Made by a program: the position numbers and the translations under genes
The notes under the pieces: model-generated
What the model was told of the DNA's origin: nothing
Database searches by the model: none
What the model saw: the letters and a program-made list of their open reading frames with translations, nothing else
Assembly: GCA_903958395.1 (NCBI GenBank)
Contig: CAJBSZ010000346.1
Location: 1-60,621 of the forward strand
DNA length: 60,621 nt
Direction of reading: 5' to 3'
From: an uncultured bacterium
GTDB lineage: Bacteria > Verrucomicrobiota > Kiritimatiellia > CAIKKV01 > CAITUY01
Part shown: piece after piece, positions 27,796 through 36,296 of the stretch
Layout: each line of letters starts with the position of its first letter
Numbering within the stretch: position 1 is the first letter of the stretch

Positions 27796-27859
27796 GGAGG
27801 GACGCGCTTTGTCGCGTCCTGGGCAGTTGAAAGGCGGCCACGACGTAGCATGGCCCTCC
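27796..27859. repeat. Intergenic inverted pair of GGAG-type REP-like elements (REPIN-like)
   Basis: GGAGGGACGCGCTTTGTCGCGTCC on the plus strand and GGAGGGCCATGCTACGTCGTGGCC on the minus strand. Confidence 0.7.
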
Positions 27860-27968
27860 AGAATTTTAAAGCCCCCTCGTCAGTAAGCCATGCAACGTTT
27901 CTCGGCTTCGGCTTGCCTTATGCCCCGTGGTTATGCGAGAAAGGACAACCATTTGGGAGGAAAGACGT

Positions 27969-28622
27969 ATGATCAGCGATATGTTGGCGCAACTGTTCCA
28001 GTTGAATGTGGATATTATTGAACGCTTGGGGTATCCGGGAATTGTTTTCCTGATGACCCTTGAAAGCTCCGTATTCCCGATTCCCAGCGAATTGGTCATG
28101 CCGCAGGCCGGGTACCTGGTCTTCGAGGGCAAGATGAGCATGGCCGCCGTCATCACGCTCGGCGTCGTCGGCAGCTGGCTTGGCGCCCTGCTGAATTATG
28201 TCGTAGCCATGTGGCTGGGCCGTCCCTTCTTCCTGAAATTCGGAAAATACTTCTTCTGTCCGGCAGACAAATTCGCAATGGTTGAACGTTTCTTCCACGC
28301 CCACGGCGAAATCAGCACATTCACCGGGCGACTGATCCCGGTGGTACGGCATCTCATCTCGATTCCCGCCGGGCTCACCCGCATGAAAATGTCCCATTTC
28401 CTGCTGTACACCGGGATCGGCTCCGCCATCTGGGTCTCCATTCTCGCCTACATCGGCTTCCTCTGCGGGCGCAATCTTGACCTCATCAAACAGTACTCCC
28501 ATATCTGCACCCTCGGCGTGATCGTGGCGTGCGCCATCATCATCACCGTCTATGTCTGGCTTCACAAGCGCCGCAAGGCCCGTTATGCCCAGACTCATGA
28601 CTCTGCGACGGACACCCCATGA
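27969..28622 (+). CDS. DedA family membrane protein
   Basis: LESSVFPIPSELVMPQAG, GRLIPVVRHLISIPAG; GGGAGG RBS before ATG 27969. Confidence 0.9.
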   Translation: MISDMLAQLFQLNVDIIERLGYPGIVFLMTLESSVFPIPSELVMPQAGYLVFEGKMSMAAVITLGVVGSWLGALLNYVVAMWLGRPFFLKFGKYFFCPADKFAMVERFFHAHGEISTFTGRLIPVVRHLISIPAGLTRMKMSHFLLYTGIGSAIWVSILAYIGFLCGRNLDLIKQYSHICTLGVIVACAIIITVYVWLHKRRKARYAQTHDSATDTP

Positions 28623-30616
28623 CGCCCATGATTCCGGAAACGCCCTGCAGGGATCCCCGCGTATCACTCCGACATGAGTGGCTCGACACCAATGGGATCG
28701 GGGGCTACGCCTCCAGCACGATTCTCCATTGCAACACACGGAAATATCACGGCCTGCTGGTGGCGGCACTCTCCGAACCCGCCGGGCGCTTCACACTTCT
28801 TTCTAAATTCGAGGATACCCTCATCACTCGAAAAGGGGACATCGCGCTCTCCTGCAACCAGTACCCCGGCGTCATGCATCCCGACGGCTATCGCCACCTG
28901 CATGAATTCCGCCTTGAGGAGGGACCTGTTTCCATTTACCAGGCCGAGGGCTACACGCTCACCAAAAGCATCCTGATGGTTCAGGGTGAAAATACGGTTC
29001 TGGTTCGCTACAGCCTGACCACAGGAAAGTCGCCCGTGACCCTCCGTATCAACCCCCTGCTCGCCTTCCGACGCCACCACGAACTGAAGCGGGAAGACGC
29101 CTATTTGCGCCCCACCCCCTCGCCCGTTTTCCAGGGTTTCCTAATCCAGCCCTACCAGGGCCTTCCCGTGCTCTTCATCCAGACGAGTCGGAAGCCAGCC
29201 TTCCAGACCGCCCCGGACTGGTACCGCAACTTCGAGTATTCAGCAGAAGCGGAACGGGGCTACGACCACCATGAAGACTGCTTCTGTCCCGGCCGGTTGG
29301 AAATCCGCCTCAGTCCCGGCGAAAAGGTCATCGTCTCCGCGTCCCTGACGGAACAGAGCGATCTGACCGGCGCGTGGGAGAAGGAAATGATTCTCCGGAA
29401 ATCCCATGCCCACAGCGCGGAAGCGGTTGCCCTGGCCGCCGGAGGTAACGATTTCACGGCACCGCTCCCCGCCCTGATCCGGAGCGGACGCCACTTCCCG
29501 ATCCGCACTCCGGGTTCCGGACGGGCTACCATCATTGCCGGCTATCCATGGTTCGACGACTGGGGCCGCGACACCCTCATCAGCCTGCCCGGCCTGACCT
29601 TCTACTCGGGGCGCCCGGAACTGGGTGCCGAAATCCTCAAGGCGGTGGCACCTCATGAACGTGACGGACTCATCCCGAACTGTTTCGCCGCAGACCCCGC
29701 TCAGCATGCCTATAATTCTGTCGACGCCTCACTCCTGTATTTCTGGGCCGTCCAGCAATTCCTTGACTGCACCGGCGACCGGGCGATGGTGCGCGTCCAT
29801 CTCTGGCCGGTCTTGAAACGGATTCTTGCGAAATTCATGGCCGGAACCCGTTTTGAAACATATATGACTTCCGATGGCCTGCTTCATGCGGGCAACCGGC
29901 ACACCCAGCTCACCTGGATGGATGCCACCTCGCACGGGGAACCCGTCACGCCCCGTCATGGATTCGCCGTTGACTTGAATGCACTGTGGTACAACGCCAT
30001 CCGGTTCGCCGACGAGTTTGCCGGAAGCCTCGGCGAAACCCCGCCCTGGCCCCCGGATCTTGCCGCCCGAATCCAGAAAGCCTTCCGCAAAACATTCTGG
30101 ATGAGAAAGGAGGGCTACCTAGGGGATTCTTGTTCCGACGGGACCCTTGACCGGTCCATCCGGCCCAATCAGATTTTTGCCGTCTCCCTGCCCTTTTCTC
30201 CATTAACAAAGGCTCAACAAAAGCAAGTGGTCGAGGTGGTCCGGCGTGAGTTATTCACCCCGTTCGGCCTACGCACCCTCGCTCCCAGTGATCCGGCCTA
30301 CCGGGGTCGCTATGAAGGCGACCAGCCAACCCGTGATGCCGCCTACCATCAGGGAACTGTCTGGCCCTGGCTTCTGGGTCCGTTTGGCGAGGCGGTTCTG
30401 CGAGTGGCAAATGACAAAAAGGCCGCCGCACGCGAACTGGCCGGAGCACTCCGCCCCCTTCTCGAATACAGCCTGACCGGCCCGGGCCTGATCAATGTTC
30501 CGGAAATATTCGACGGGGATGCTCCGCAGCGCCCCAATGGCTGCACGGCTCAGGCTTGGAGCAGCGCGGAACTGATCCGACTCTTTACGCTTTGCGCGCG
30601 GACCATTTCCGATTAG
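28619..30616 (+). CDS. Glycogen debranching enzyme (amylo-alpha-1,6-glucosidase family)
   Basis: EWLDTNGIGGYASST, TRKYHGLL, AGYPWFDDWGRDT, QLTWMDA, IRPNQ, YHQGTVWPW, AQAWS. Confidence 0.92.
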   Translation: MTPMIPETPCRDPRVSLRHEWLDTNGIGGYASSTILHCNTRKYHGLLVAALSEPAGRFTLLSKFEDTLITRKGDIALSCNQYPGVMHPDGYRHLHEFRLEEGPVSIYQAEGYTLTKSILMVQGENTVLVRYSLTTGKSPVTLRINPLLAFRRHHELKREDAYLRPTPSPVFQGFLIQPYQGLPVLFIQTSRKPAFQTAPDWYRNFEYSAEAERGYDHHEDCFCPGRLEIRLSPGEKVIVSASLTEQSDLTGAWEKEMILRKSHAHSAEAVALAAGGNDFTAPLPALIRSGRHFPIRTPGSGRATIIAGYPWFDDWGRDTLISLPGLTFYSGRPELGAEILKAVAPHERDGLIPNCFAADPAQHAYNSVDASLLYFWAVQQFLDCTGDRAMVRVHLWPVLKRILAKFMAGTRFETYMTSDGLLHAGNRHTQLTWMDATSHGEPVTPRHGFAVDLNALWYNAIRFADEFAGSLGETPPWPPDLAARIQKAFRKTFWMRKEGYLGDSCSDGTLDRSIRPNQIFAVSLPFSPLTKAQQKQVVEVVRRELFTPFGLRTLAPSDPAYRGRYEGDQPTRDAAYHQGTVWPWLLGPFGEAVLRVANDKKAAARELAGALRPLLEYSLTGPGLINVPEIFDGDAPQRPNGCTAQAWSSAELIRLFTLCARTISD

Positions 30617-30653
30617 TATTCCGACAGCACTACAACCAATGGAGGATCGCTCG

Positions 30654-30833
30654 ATGAAAGTGGCTGACATAAAAGAGATAGCAAAGAAACACGGCATCAA
30701 CCCCGGCAAATTTAAAAAAGCTGAACTCATTATCGCCATCCAGAAGGCGGAGAAGAATACTCCCTGTTTTGGGACCGGCACGGAAGCCTGTCCCTACACC
30801 ACGTGCTGCTGGCGTGAAGACTGCATCGCATGA
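30654..30833 (+). CDS. Small Rho-N/SAP-like domain protein with C-terminal Cys cluster
   Basis: IKEIAKKHGI..KKAELIIAIQ..PCFGT..C....CCWREDC; GGAGG RBS. Confidence 0.75.
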   Translation: MKVADIKEIAKKHGINPGKFKKAELIIAIQKAEKNTPCFGTGTEACPYTTCCWREDCIA

Positions 30834-30847
30834 GGATTTCTTAACCC

Positions 30848-32119
30848 ATGCGGATTCTCATGTTCGGCTGGGAGTTCCCCCCGCACATCAGCGGAGGGCT
30901 GGGAACGGCGTGTTATGAGCTGACACGAACGCTTTCCCGCCACGGCAATATCATCACCTTCGTGGTTCCCCGGGCAGAAAAACAGGCGAAAAAATCACCC
31001 GTTCACCTCGTGGCCGCCGCCGGGGTTCCACTCCCCCACTCCTCCAGCGTCGAGGAGTTTTTCCAGTCCCTGAACCTCAAGACGGCCGATTCCATCCTGC
31101 GCCCCTATCTGACGGATGAGGAATACCCGCTGGTACTCCGTGATGCGACCGGCGGCGAAACAAATAAAGACCAACCCGGCGCCACGCCCCCCACCAGCCT
31201 CTATGGCAAAAACCTCATGGCCGAAGTGGCCCGGTACAGCGAAATCGGAGAGGAACTTGCGCTCAAGGAGGAGTTTGACCTCATTCACGCCCACGACTGG
31301 ATGACGTTCCTGGCCGCCATCCGGGCCAAGCGCGCAACCGGAAAACCCATGGTGGCGCATATCCATGCGCTGGAATACGACCGTAGTGGCGACTCCATCA
31401 ACGGCGGCATTTTTGAGATCGAGAAAATGGGCATGGAGGCGGCGGATCATGTCATTGCCGTCAGCCACTACACACGGAACCTCATCATCAGCCACTATGG
31501 AATCCGCGCCGAAAAAATCTCGGTTGTACACAACGCCGTTTCCCGTCACCAGGCCCCCCGAGTGTATCATGTGCCCCATGACCGGAAAAAAAAGACGGTC
31601 CTATTCCTGGGCCGGATCACCTCCCAGAAGGGCCCGGACTATTTTATCGAGGCGGCGGCACGCGTGCTTGAAAAGACGCAGAACGTGATGTTTGTGATGG
31701 CCGGAGCCGGAGACATGCTGCCCCGGATGATTGAGCGCGTCGGAGAACTTCGTCTCGGAATGCACTTCCACTTCACCGGATTCCTTCAGGGGCACGATGT
31801 CGAACGAATGTACGCCATGAGCGACCTCTATGTCATGCCCAGCGTCTCCGAGCCGTTCGGCCTGTCGCCACTGGAAGCCATGATTTACGATGTGCCGGTG
31901 ATCCTCTCCAAACAGGCGGGTGTCACTGAAGTCATGCCCCACGCACTGACCGTTGATTTCTGGAATGTGGACGACATCGCCAATAAAATCCTGGCCATTC
32001 TCAAGTATCCCGCGCTGTCGCGGGAACTTCTCCGGAACGGCCGCAAGGCCCTTCGCTCCATCCGCTGGGAAGTGGCGGCGGAACGAATCCAACTGATCTA
32101 CAACAAACTTGCTGTGTGA
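30848..32119 (+). CDS. GT4 glycosyltransferase (glycogen-synthase-like)
   Basis: MFGWEFPPHISGGLG, IHAHDW, FLGRITSQKG, MPSVSEPFGLSPLEA. Confidence 0.92.
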   Translation: MRILMFGWEFPPHISGGLGTACYELTRTLSRHGNIITFVVPRAEKQAKKSPVHLVAAAGVPLPHSSSVEEFFQSLNLKTADSILRPYLTDEEYPLVLRDATGGETNKDQPGATPPTSLYGKNLMAEVARYSEIGEELALKEEFDLIHAHDWMTFLAAIRAKRATGKPMVAHIHALEYDRSGDSINGGIFEIEKMGMEAADHVIAVSHYTRNLIISHYGIRAEKISVVHNAVSRHQAPRVYHVPHDRKKKTVLFLGRITSQKGPDYFIEAAARVLEKTQNVMFVMAGAGDMLPRMIERVGELRLGMHFHFTGFLQGHDVERMYAMSDLYVMPSVSEPFGLSPLEAMIYDVPVILSKQAGVTEVMPHALTVDFWNVDDIANKILAILKYPALSRELLRNGRKALRSIRWEVAAERIQLIYNKLAV

Positions 32120-32126
32120 GTCCCCC

Positions 32127-33308
32127 ATGCCCTCCCTTTGCCTGACTCTTACCCTCCATCATCCCGCCCATCTGAAGCATTATTCGTTCTTCGACATTGG
32201 AAACTCGGCAACGTATGAGGACGAATCCAAAACAGCTGAAGCCGTGAACCAGTTTGCGTCCGAATGCGTTCTGCCGGCCACCCGCATCGTACTGAAACAA
32301 TTAAGGGAGTATGACGGTGATTTCAGAATCGCCCTTTCAATTTCAGGGTGCCTCATCGACCAGTTTGAACGCTACCGGCCCGAAGTTATCGACACCTTCA
32401 AGGCATTATCAGATACCGGGCATGTTGAATTTCTTGCCGCTCCCTATTACCATTCCCTGGCTTCCGCTTTTTCCATCCAGGAGTTCAGGGAACAAACCCT
32501 TTTACACCATACACGAATCCAGGCATTAACCGGAACCGCGCCCACGGCCTTCCGGAACACCGCCCTCATCTACCGGGATGATCTGGCCTGCGAAGTGGAA
32601 GCCCTCGGTTATCAGGTCATGCTGACCCCGGGTGGCGACCGGTTCCCGGGAAAACGAAACGTGTGCGGCGTTTACCGGCCGACACAAGGCTCCCTCCTGA
32701 AACTTCTGGCGAATCACGACCGCCTCTCGGACGACATGGCTCGCCGGTTTACCCATTCCGATTCCCCCGAGACTCCCCCAACCTCGACCGGATTTGCCCG
32801 CTGGCTGCACCAGGTCCACCCGGCCCGCGGTGGCGTAATCCCCCTGTCCCTTGACCTGGGCGCCTTCGCCCGGTTAAGTCCTGATGACACCGGCCTTTTT
32901 CTGTTTTTGAACCAACTCCCCGAAACCGTCCTCCTTCACCAAGAAGGAACCTTCATAACCCCCTCCCAAGCCGCATCCCCACGCCCTGCCCCACCGCTCT
33001 CATCGAAAGAGTTCATCACGGGGGAAAATCCCGGCCATGACCTGTCGCCCTGGATGGGCAACGAAATGCAGCAGGATGCCCTCAACGCCCTGTACCTTCT
33101 GGAATCCCGGGTCAAGGGGTGCCCTGATCAGACTCTTCTGAAGACCTGGCGGCTCCTTCAAGTATCGGACTATTTTCTTTACATGAACACCCATAACGAA
33201 GCCTTCCCAGGCCCGGCTCATCCCGCCATGCCCGGCGACTCGCCCTACGACGCCTATATCAACTACATGAACATCCTGACCGACTTCTCCGAACGTATTC
33301 CGGGATAG
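32127..33308 (+). CDS. GH57 family alpha-amylase-like protein, catalytic motifs degenerate
   Basis: FRIALSISG, GHVEFLA.PYYHSL, FRNTALIY, LSDD, W.GNEMQQ, WRLLQVSDYFLYM, SPYDAYINYMNILTDF. Confidence 0.85.
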   Translation: MPSLCLTLTLHHPAHLKHYSFFDIGNSATYEDESKTAEAVNQFASECVLPATRIVLKQLREYDGDFRIALSISGCLIDQFERYRPEVIDTFKALSDTGHVEFLAAPYYHSLASAFSIQEFREQTLLHHTRIQALTGTAPTAFRNTALIYRDDLACEVEALGYQVMLTPGGDRFPGKRNVCGVYRPTQGSLLKLLANHDRLSDDMARRFTHSDSPETPPTSTGFARWLHQVHPARGGVIPLSLDLGAFARLSPDDTGLFLFLNQLPETVLLHQEGTFITPSQAASPRPAPPLSSKEFITGENPGHDLSPWMGNEMQQDALNALYLLESRVKGCPDQTLLKTWRLLQVSDYFLYMNTHNEAFPGPAHPAMPGDSPYDAYINYMNILTDFSERIPG

Positions 33309-33363
33309 TCATCGTCACCGGACTGTGTTACAAACCGGACGCCAATGATGAACGAGGAGCCCT

Positions 33364-34362
33364 ATGATTGATATTTCCGTGGTAGTGCCAATATTTAACG
33401 AGGAAGACAGCATTGAGTTACTGGTCTCCCGTCTTGAAGCAGCCCTGATGTCCACCGGCCGGACCTATGAGGTGGTGCTTGTGGATGACGGAAGCACGGA
33501 TAATTCATGGGGCAAAATGGTGGCATTGTCCGGAAATCATCCCGGGCTGCACCTCATCCGCTTCCGCCGGAATTTCGGCCAGACCGCCGCCATGAGCGCC
33601 GGGTTTCATGAGTCGCGTGGCGACATCATTATTACCATGGACGCGGATCTCCAGAATGATCCGGCGGATATTCCCCTATTGCTGACCGAAGTCGACAAGG
33701 GATTCGACGTGGTTAGCGGCTGGCGGCGTAACCGGAAGGACACCTTCATCAACCGTCGGCTTCCCTCCATCATCGCCAATTCATTGATCAGCAATATCAC
33801 CGGGGTTCATCTCCATGATTATGGGTGTACCCTGAAGGCCTATCGCAAGGAAATCGTCCAGAACATCCAGCTTTATGGCGAACTCCACCGCTTTATACCC
33901 GCGCTCGCCAGTTGGGTCGGGGGCCAGATTTCAGAAGTCGAGGTATCCCATCATCCCCGCCGGTTCGGTAAATCAAAATACGGAATCGGCCGGACCGTCA
34001 AGGTCATCCTGGATCTCGTCACGGTCAAATTCCTGCTTCGGTACAGCACCCGGCCGATTCATATTTTCGGGAAATGGGGCCTGAATTTCGGGGTACTCGG
34101 CATCCTGATGCTGATGTTCATGGCGGGCGCCAACCTCTCGCACCGGTTCTTCGACACTGAATTCTGCGCCGAACTCATCAAGCGTCCGTTCTGGGTGATC
34201 ACGCCTTTCATGCTGTTATTTTTCGGACTCCAGTTCATCTCAATCGGCCTTCTGGCCGAAATCCAGATCCGGACCTATCATGAAGCCCAGGAGAAGCCGA
34301 TTTATATAATCCGGGAAACCGTTGAGCCAACTGAAATTCCCAAGGGCACCCTAAAATCCTGA
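33364..34362 (+). CDS. GT2 polyprenyl-phosphate glycosyltransferase (ArnC/DPM-like)
   Basis: VDDGSTD, RNFGQTAA, MDADLQNDP, HDYGCTLKAY; two C-terminal TMs. Confidence 0.9.
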   Translation: MIDISVVVPIFNEEDSIELLVSRLEAALMSTGRTYEVVLVDDGSTDNSWGKMVALSGNHPGLHLIRFRRNFGQTAAMSAGFHESRGDIIITMDADLQNDPADIPLLLTEVDKGFDVVSGWRRNRKDTFINRRLPSIIANSLISNITGVHLHDYGCTLKAYRKEIVQNIQLYGELHRFIPALASWVGGQISEVEVSHHPRRFGKSKYGIGRTVKVILDLVTVKFLLRYSTRPIHIFGKWGLNFGVLGILMLMFMAGANLSHRFFDTEFCAELIKRPFWVITPFMLLFFGLQFISIGLLAEIQIRTYHEAQEKPIYIIRETVEPTEIPKGTLKS

Positions 34363-34367
34363 GGATT

Positions 34368-35216
34368 ATGGTCGCCGAGCGCCTTCTTTTTGAATCCGCA
34401 TCCCCTGCAACGGCTGCCGGGGTAGCTGCATTGTACTTCACACTGCTTCTGACAGGCACCTTCGTGGCCATCGCCCTGATCGTCCGGACACTCCGCAGTC
34501 CCATCGACTGGGCTCCGCGACTCCTCATCGTCCGGATGCGTCCCTGGACCTGGCGGGAGGGGTTGGCGGTGTCCGCCATAGTAGGGCTATTAATCTGTTT
34601 AGGAATGTCCGTGGCCGCACTTTTGAAACATCCAGGAGAAACCACCCTCATCCTCCTGCAGGGTCTTCTTCTGGATCTCGCGGGTATCCTTGCGATCACG
34701 GGCCTGATCTTCCGGAGTGGCTGGACCTGGACACAGGCGTTCGGCATGGATAGAATTCCCTTCCGCCACCTGACGACGGCCCTCCTGTTTTATCTGGCCA
34801 TGCTACCCTTCCTGTTTTTTTCAGCCCTGGTTTATCAGGGCGTGCTTTCCCTGAATGGAATACCCCCGAGCCTTCAGGAGATCGCCCTGCTTCTTTCGGG
34901 CAATCACCCGCTCTGGATGCGCATCACCCTGGTGATTCTGGCCGTTGCCGTGGCGCCATTTTTCGAGGAATGTCTTTTTCGGGGAATCCTGCTACCCGTA
35001 TTGGTCCGGCGCCTCGGACTGGGCGGCGGCATTTTTCTAACCTCCCTGCTTTTCGCCTCCATCCACTTTCACCTGCCCTCGCTGATTCCCCTGATCGTGG
35101 TGGCTTCAGGCTTTTCTCTTGCCTATGTGTATTCAGGATCCCTCTGGGTTTCCATCCTGATGCACGGGATATTCAACGGAGTGAATCTTGCCCTCTTACT
35201 GGCTATACGCCCATGA
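34368..35216 (+). CDS. CPBP (Abi/CAAX) intramembrane metalloprotease
   Basis: APFFEECLFRG, FASIH, HGIFN motifs; multiple TMs. Confidence 0.88.
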   Translation: MVAERLLFESASPATAAGVAALYFTLLLTGTFVAIALIVRTLRSPIDWAPRLLIVRMRPWTWREGLAVSAIVGLLICLGMSVAALLKHPGETTLILLQGLLLDLAGILAITGLIFRSGWTWTQAFGMDRIPFRHLTTALLFYLAMLPFLFFSALVYQGVLSLNGIPPSLQEIALLLSGNHPLWMRITLVILAVAVAPFFEECLFRGILLPVLVRRLGLGGGIFLTSLLFASIHFHLPSLIPLIVVASGFSLAYVYSGSLWVSILMHGIFNGVNLALLLAIRP

Positions 35217-35231
35217 CAAGGAAAACCGACC

Positions 35232-36296
35232 ATGATCATTCGAACCATTGAATGGAGTCCTGACACCCCTGCCCATCTCACCCCGGGAAGCGTGGTAATG
35301 GTGGATCAAACCCTCCTTCCGGGAGAACTGACCTACTTGAGGATCCGTGATGTTCAATCCGTATGGCGGGCCATACAAACCCTTCAGGTTCGAGGGGCCC
35401 CGGCGATCGGCATTGCGGCGGCCATGGGAGTGACTGTCGCCATCCAAGCCCTTCCGGAAACCACCACGGGGGAATTGACCTCCGCCGCCCTTCAGGCCGC
35501 TGACTATCTGGCCACGTCGCGTCCCACCGCCGTCAACCTGTTCTGGGCGCTCGACCGGATGCGCGGCGTCATCCGCGCTTCCGGCGCGCTCCCACCCCAC
35601 GAATTCAAGAATCGGCTGGCCCGGGAATCCATGACGATCCGGGATGAGGATGCGGCCATGTGCCGGGCCATTGGCCGGCATGGTGCCGAGCTCCTCCGGG
35701 ATGGCGACACCGTTTTGACCCATTGCAATGCGGGTGGCCTGGCAACCGCCGAGTACGGCACCGCGCTGGCACCGATCTATGTGGCAACCTCGCAGAACAA
35801 ACACATCCACGTCTATGCTGACGAAACCCGACCCCTCCTCCAGGGGGCGCGGCTCACCGCCTGGGAACTGATGCAGGCGGGCGTCGACGTCACCCTCATC
35901 TGCGACAACATGGCAGCGCATGTGATGAAAACAAAAACCATCAACGCCGTCATGGTCGGGGCCGATCGCATCGCCGCAAACGGCGACACAGCGAACAAAA
36001 TCGGAACCTACGGGCTCGCCGTGCTGGCAAAGGCCCATGGCATTCCCTTTTATGTGCTGGCCCCCAGTTCAACCTTCGATCTCTCACTGGACTCGGGGGC
36101 CCGAATCCCCATTGAAGAGCGTGCCGCCGAGGAAATCACCATGGGATTTGGAAAGCGAACCGCGCCCGAGGGAGTCAAAACCTATTCACCCGCCTTTGAT
36201 GTAACACCCGGCGGACTGATCACGGCTATCGTCTGCGAAAAGGGCATTCTCGCCCCCCCCTTCCAGACGACCCTTCAGAGTCTATTGCTGATCTGA
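35232..36296 (+). CDS. mtnA: S-methyl-5-thioribose-1-phosphate isomerase
   Basis: VRGAPAIG, SRPTAVNL, THCNAGGLAT, DETRPLLQGARLTAWE, GDTANKIGTY. Confidence 0.95.
   Translation: MIIRTIEWSPDTPAHLTPGSVVMVDQTLLPGELTYLRIRDVQSVWRAIQTLQVRGAPAIGIAAAMGVTVAIQALPETTTGELTSAALQAADYLATSRPTAVNLFWALDRMRGVIRASGALPPHEFKNRLARESMTIRDEDAAMCRAIGRHGAELLRDGDTVLTHCNAGGLATAEYGTALAPIYVATSQNKHIHVYADETRPLLQGARLTAWELMQAGVDVTLICDNMAAHVMKTKTINAVMVGADRIAANGDTANKIGTYGLAVLAKAHGIPFYVLAPSSTFDLSLDSGARIPIEERAAEEITMGFGKRTAPEGVKTYSPAFDVTPGGLITAIVCEKGILAPPFQTTLQSLLLI

Noticed and set aside
27918-28769. 283-aa minus-strand ORF
   Set aside because: Antisense to dedA
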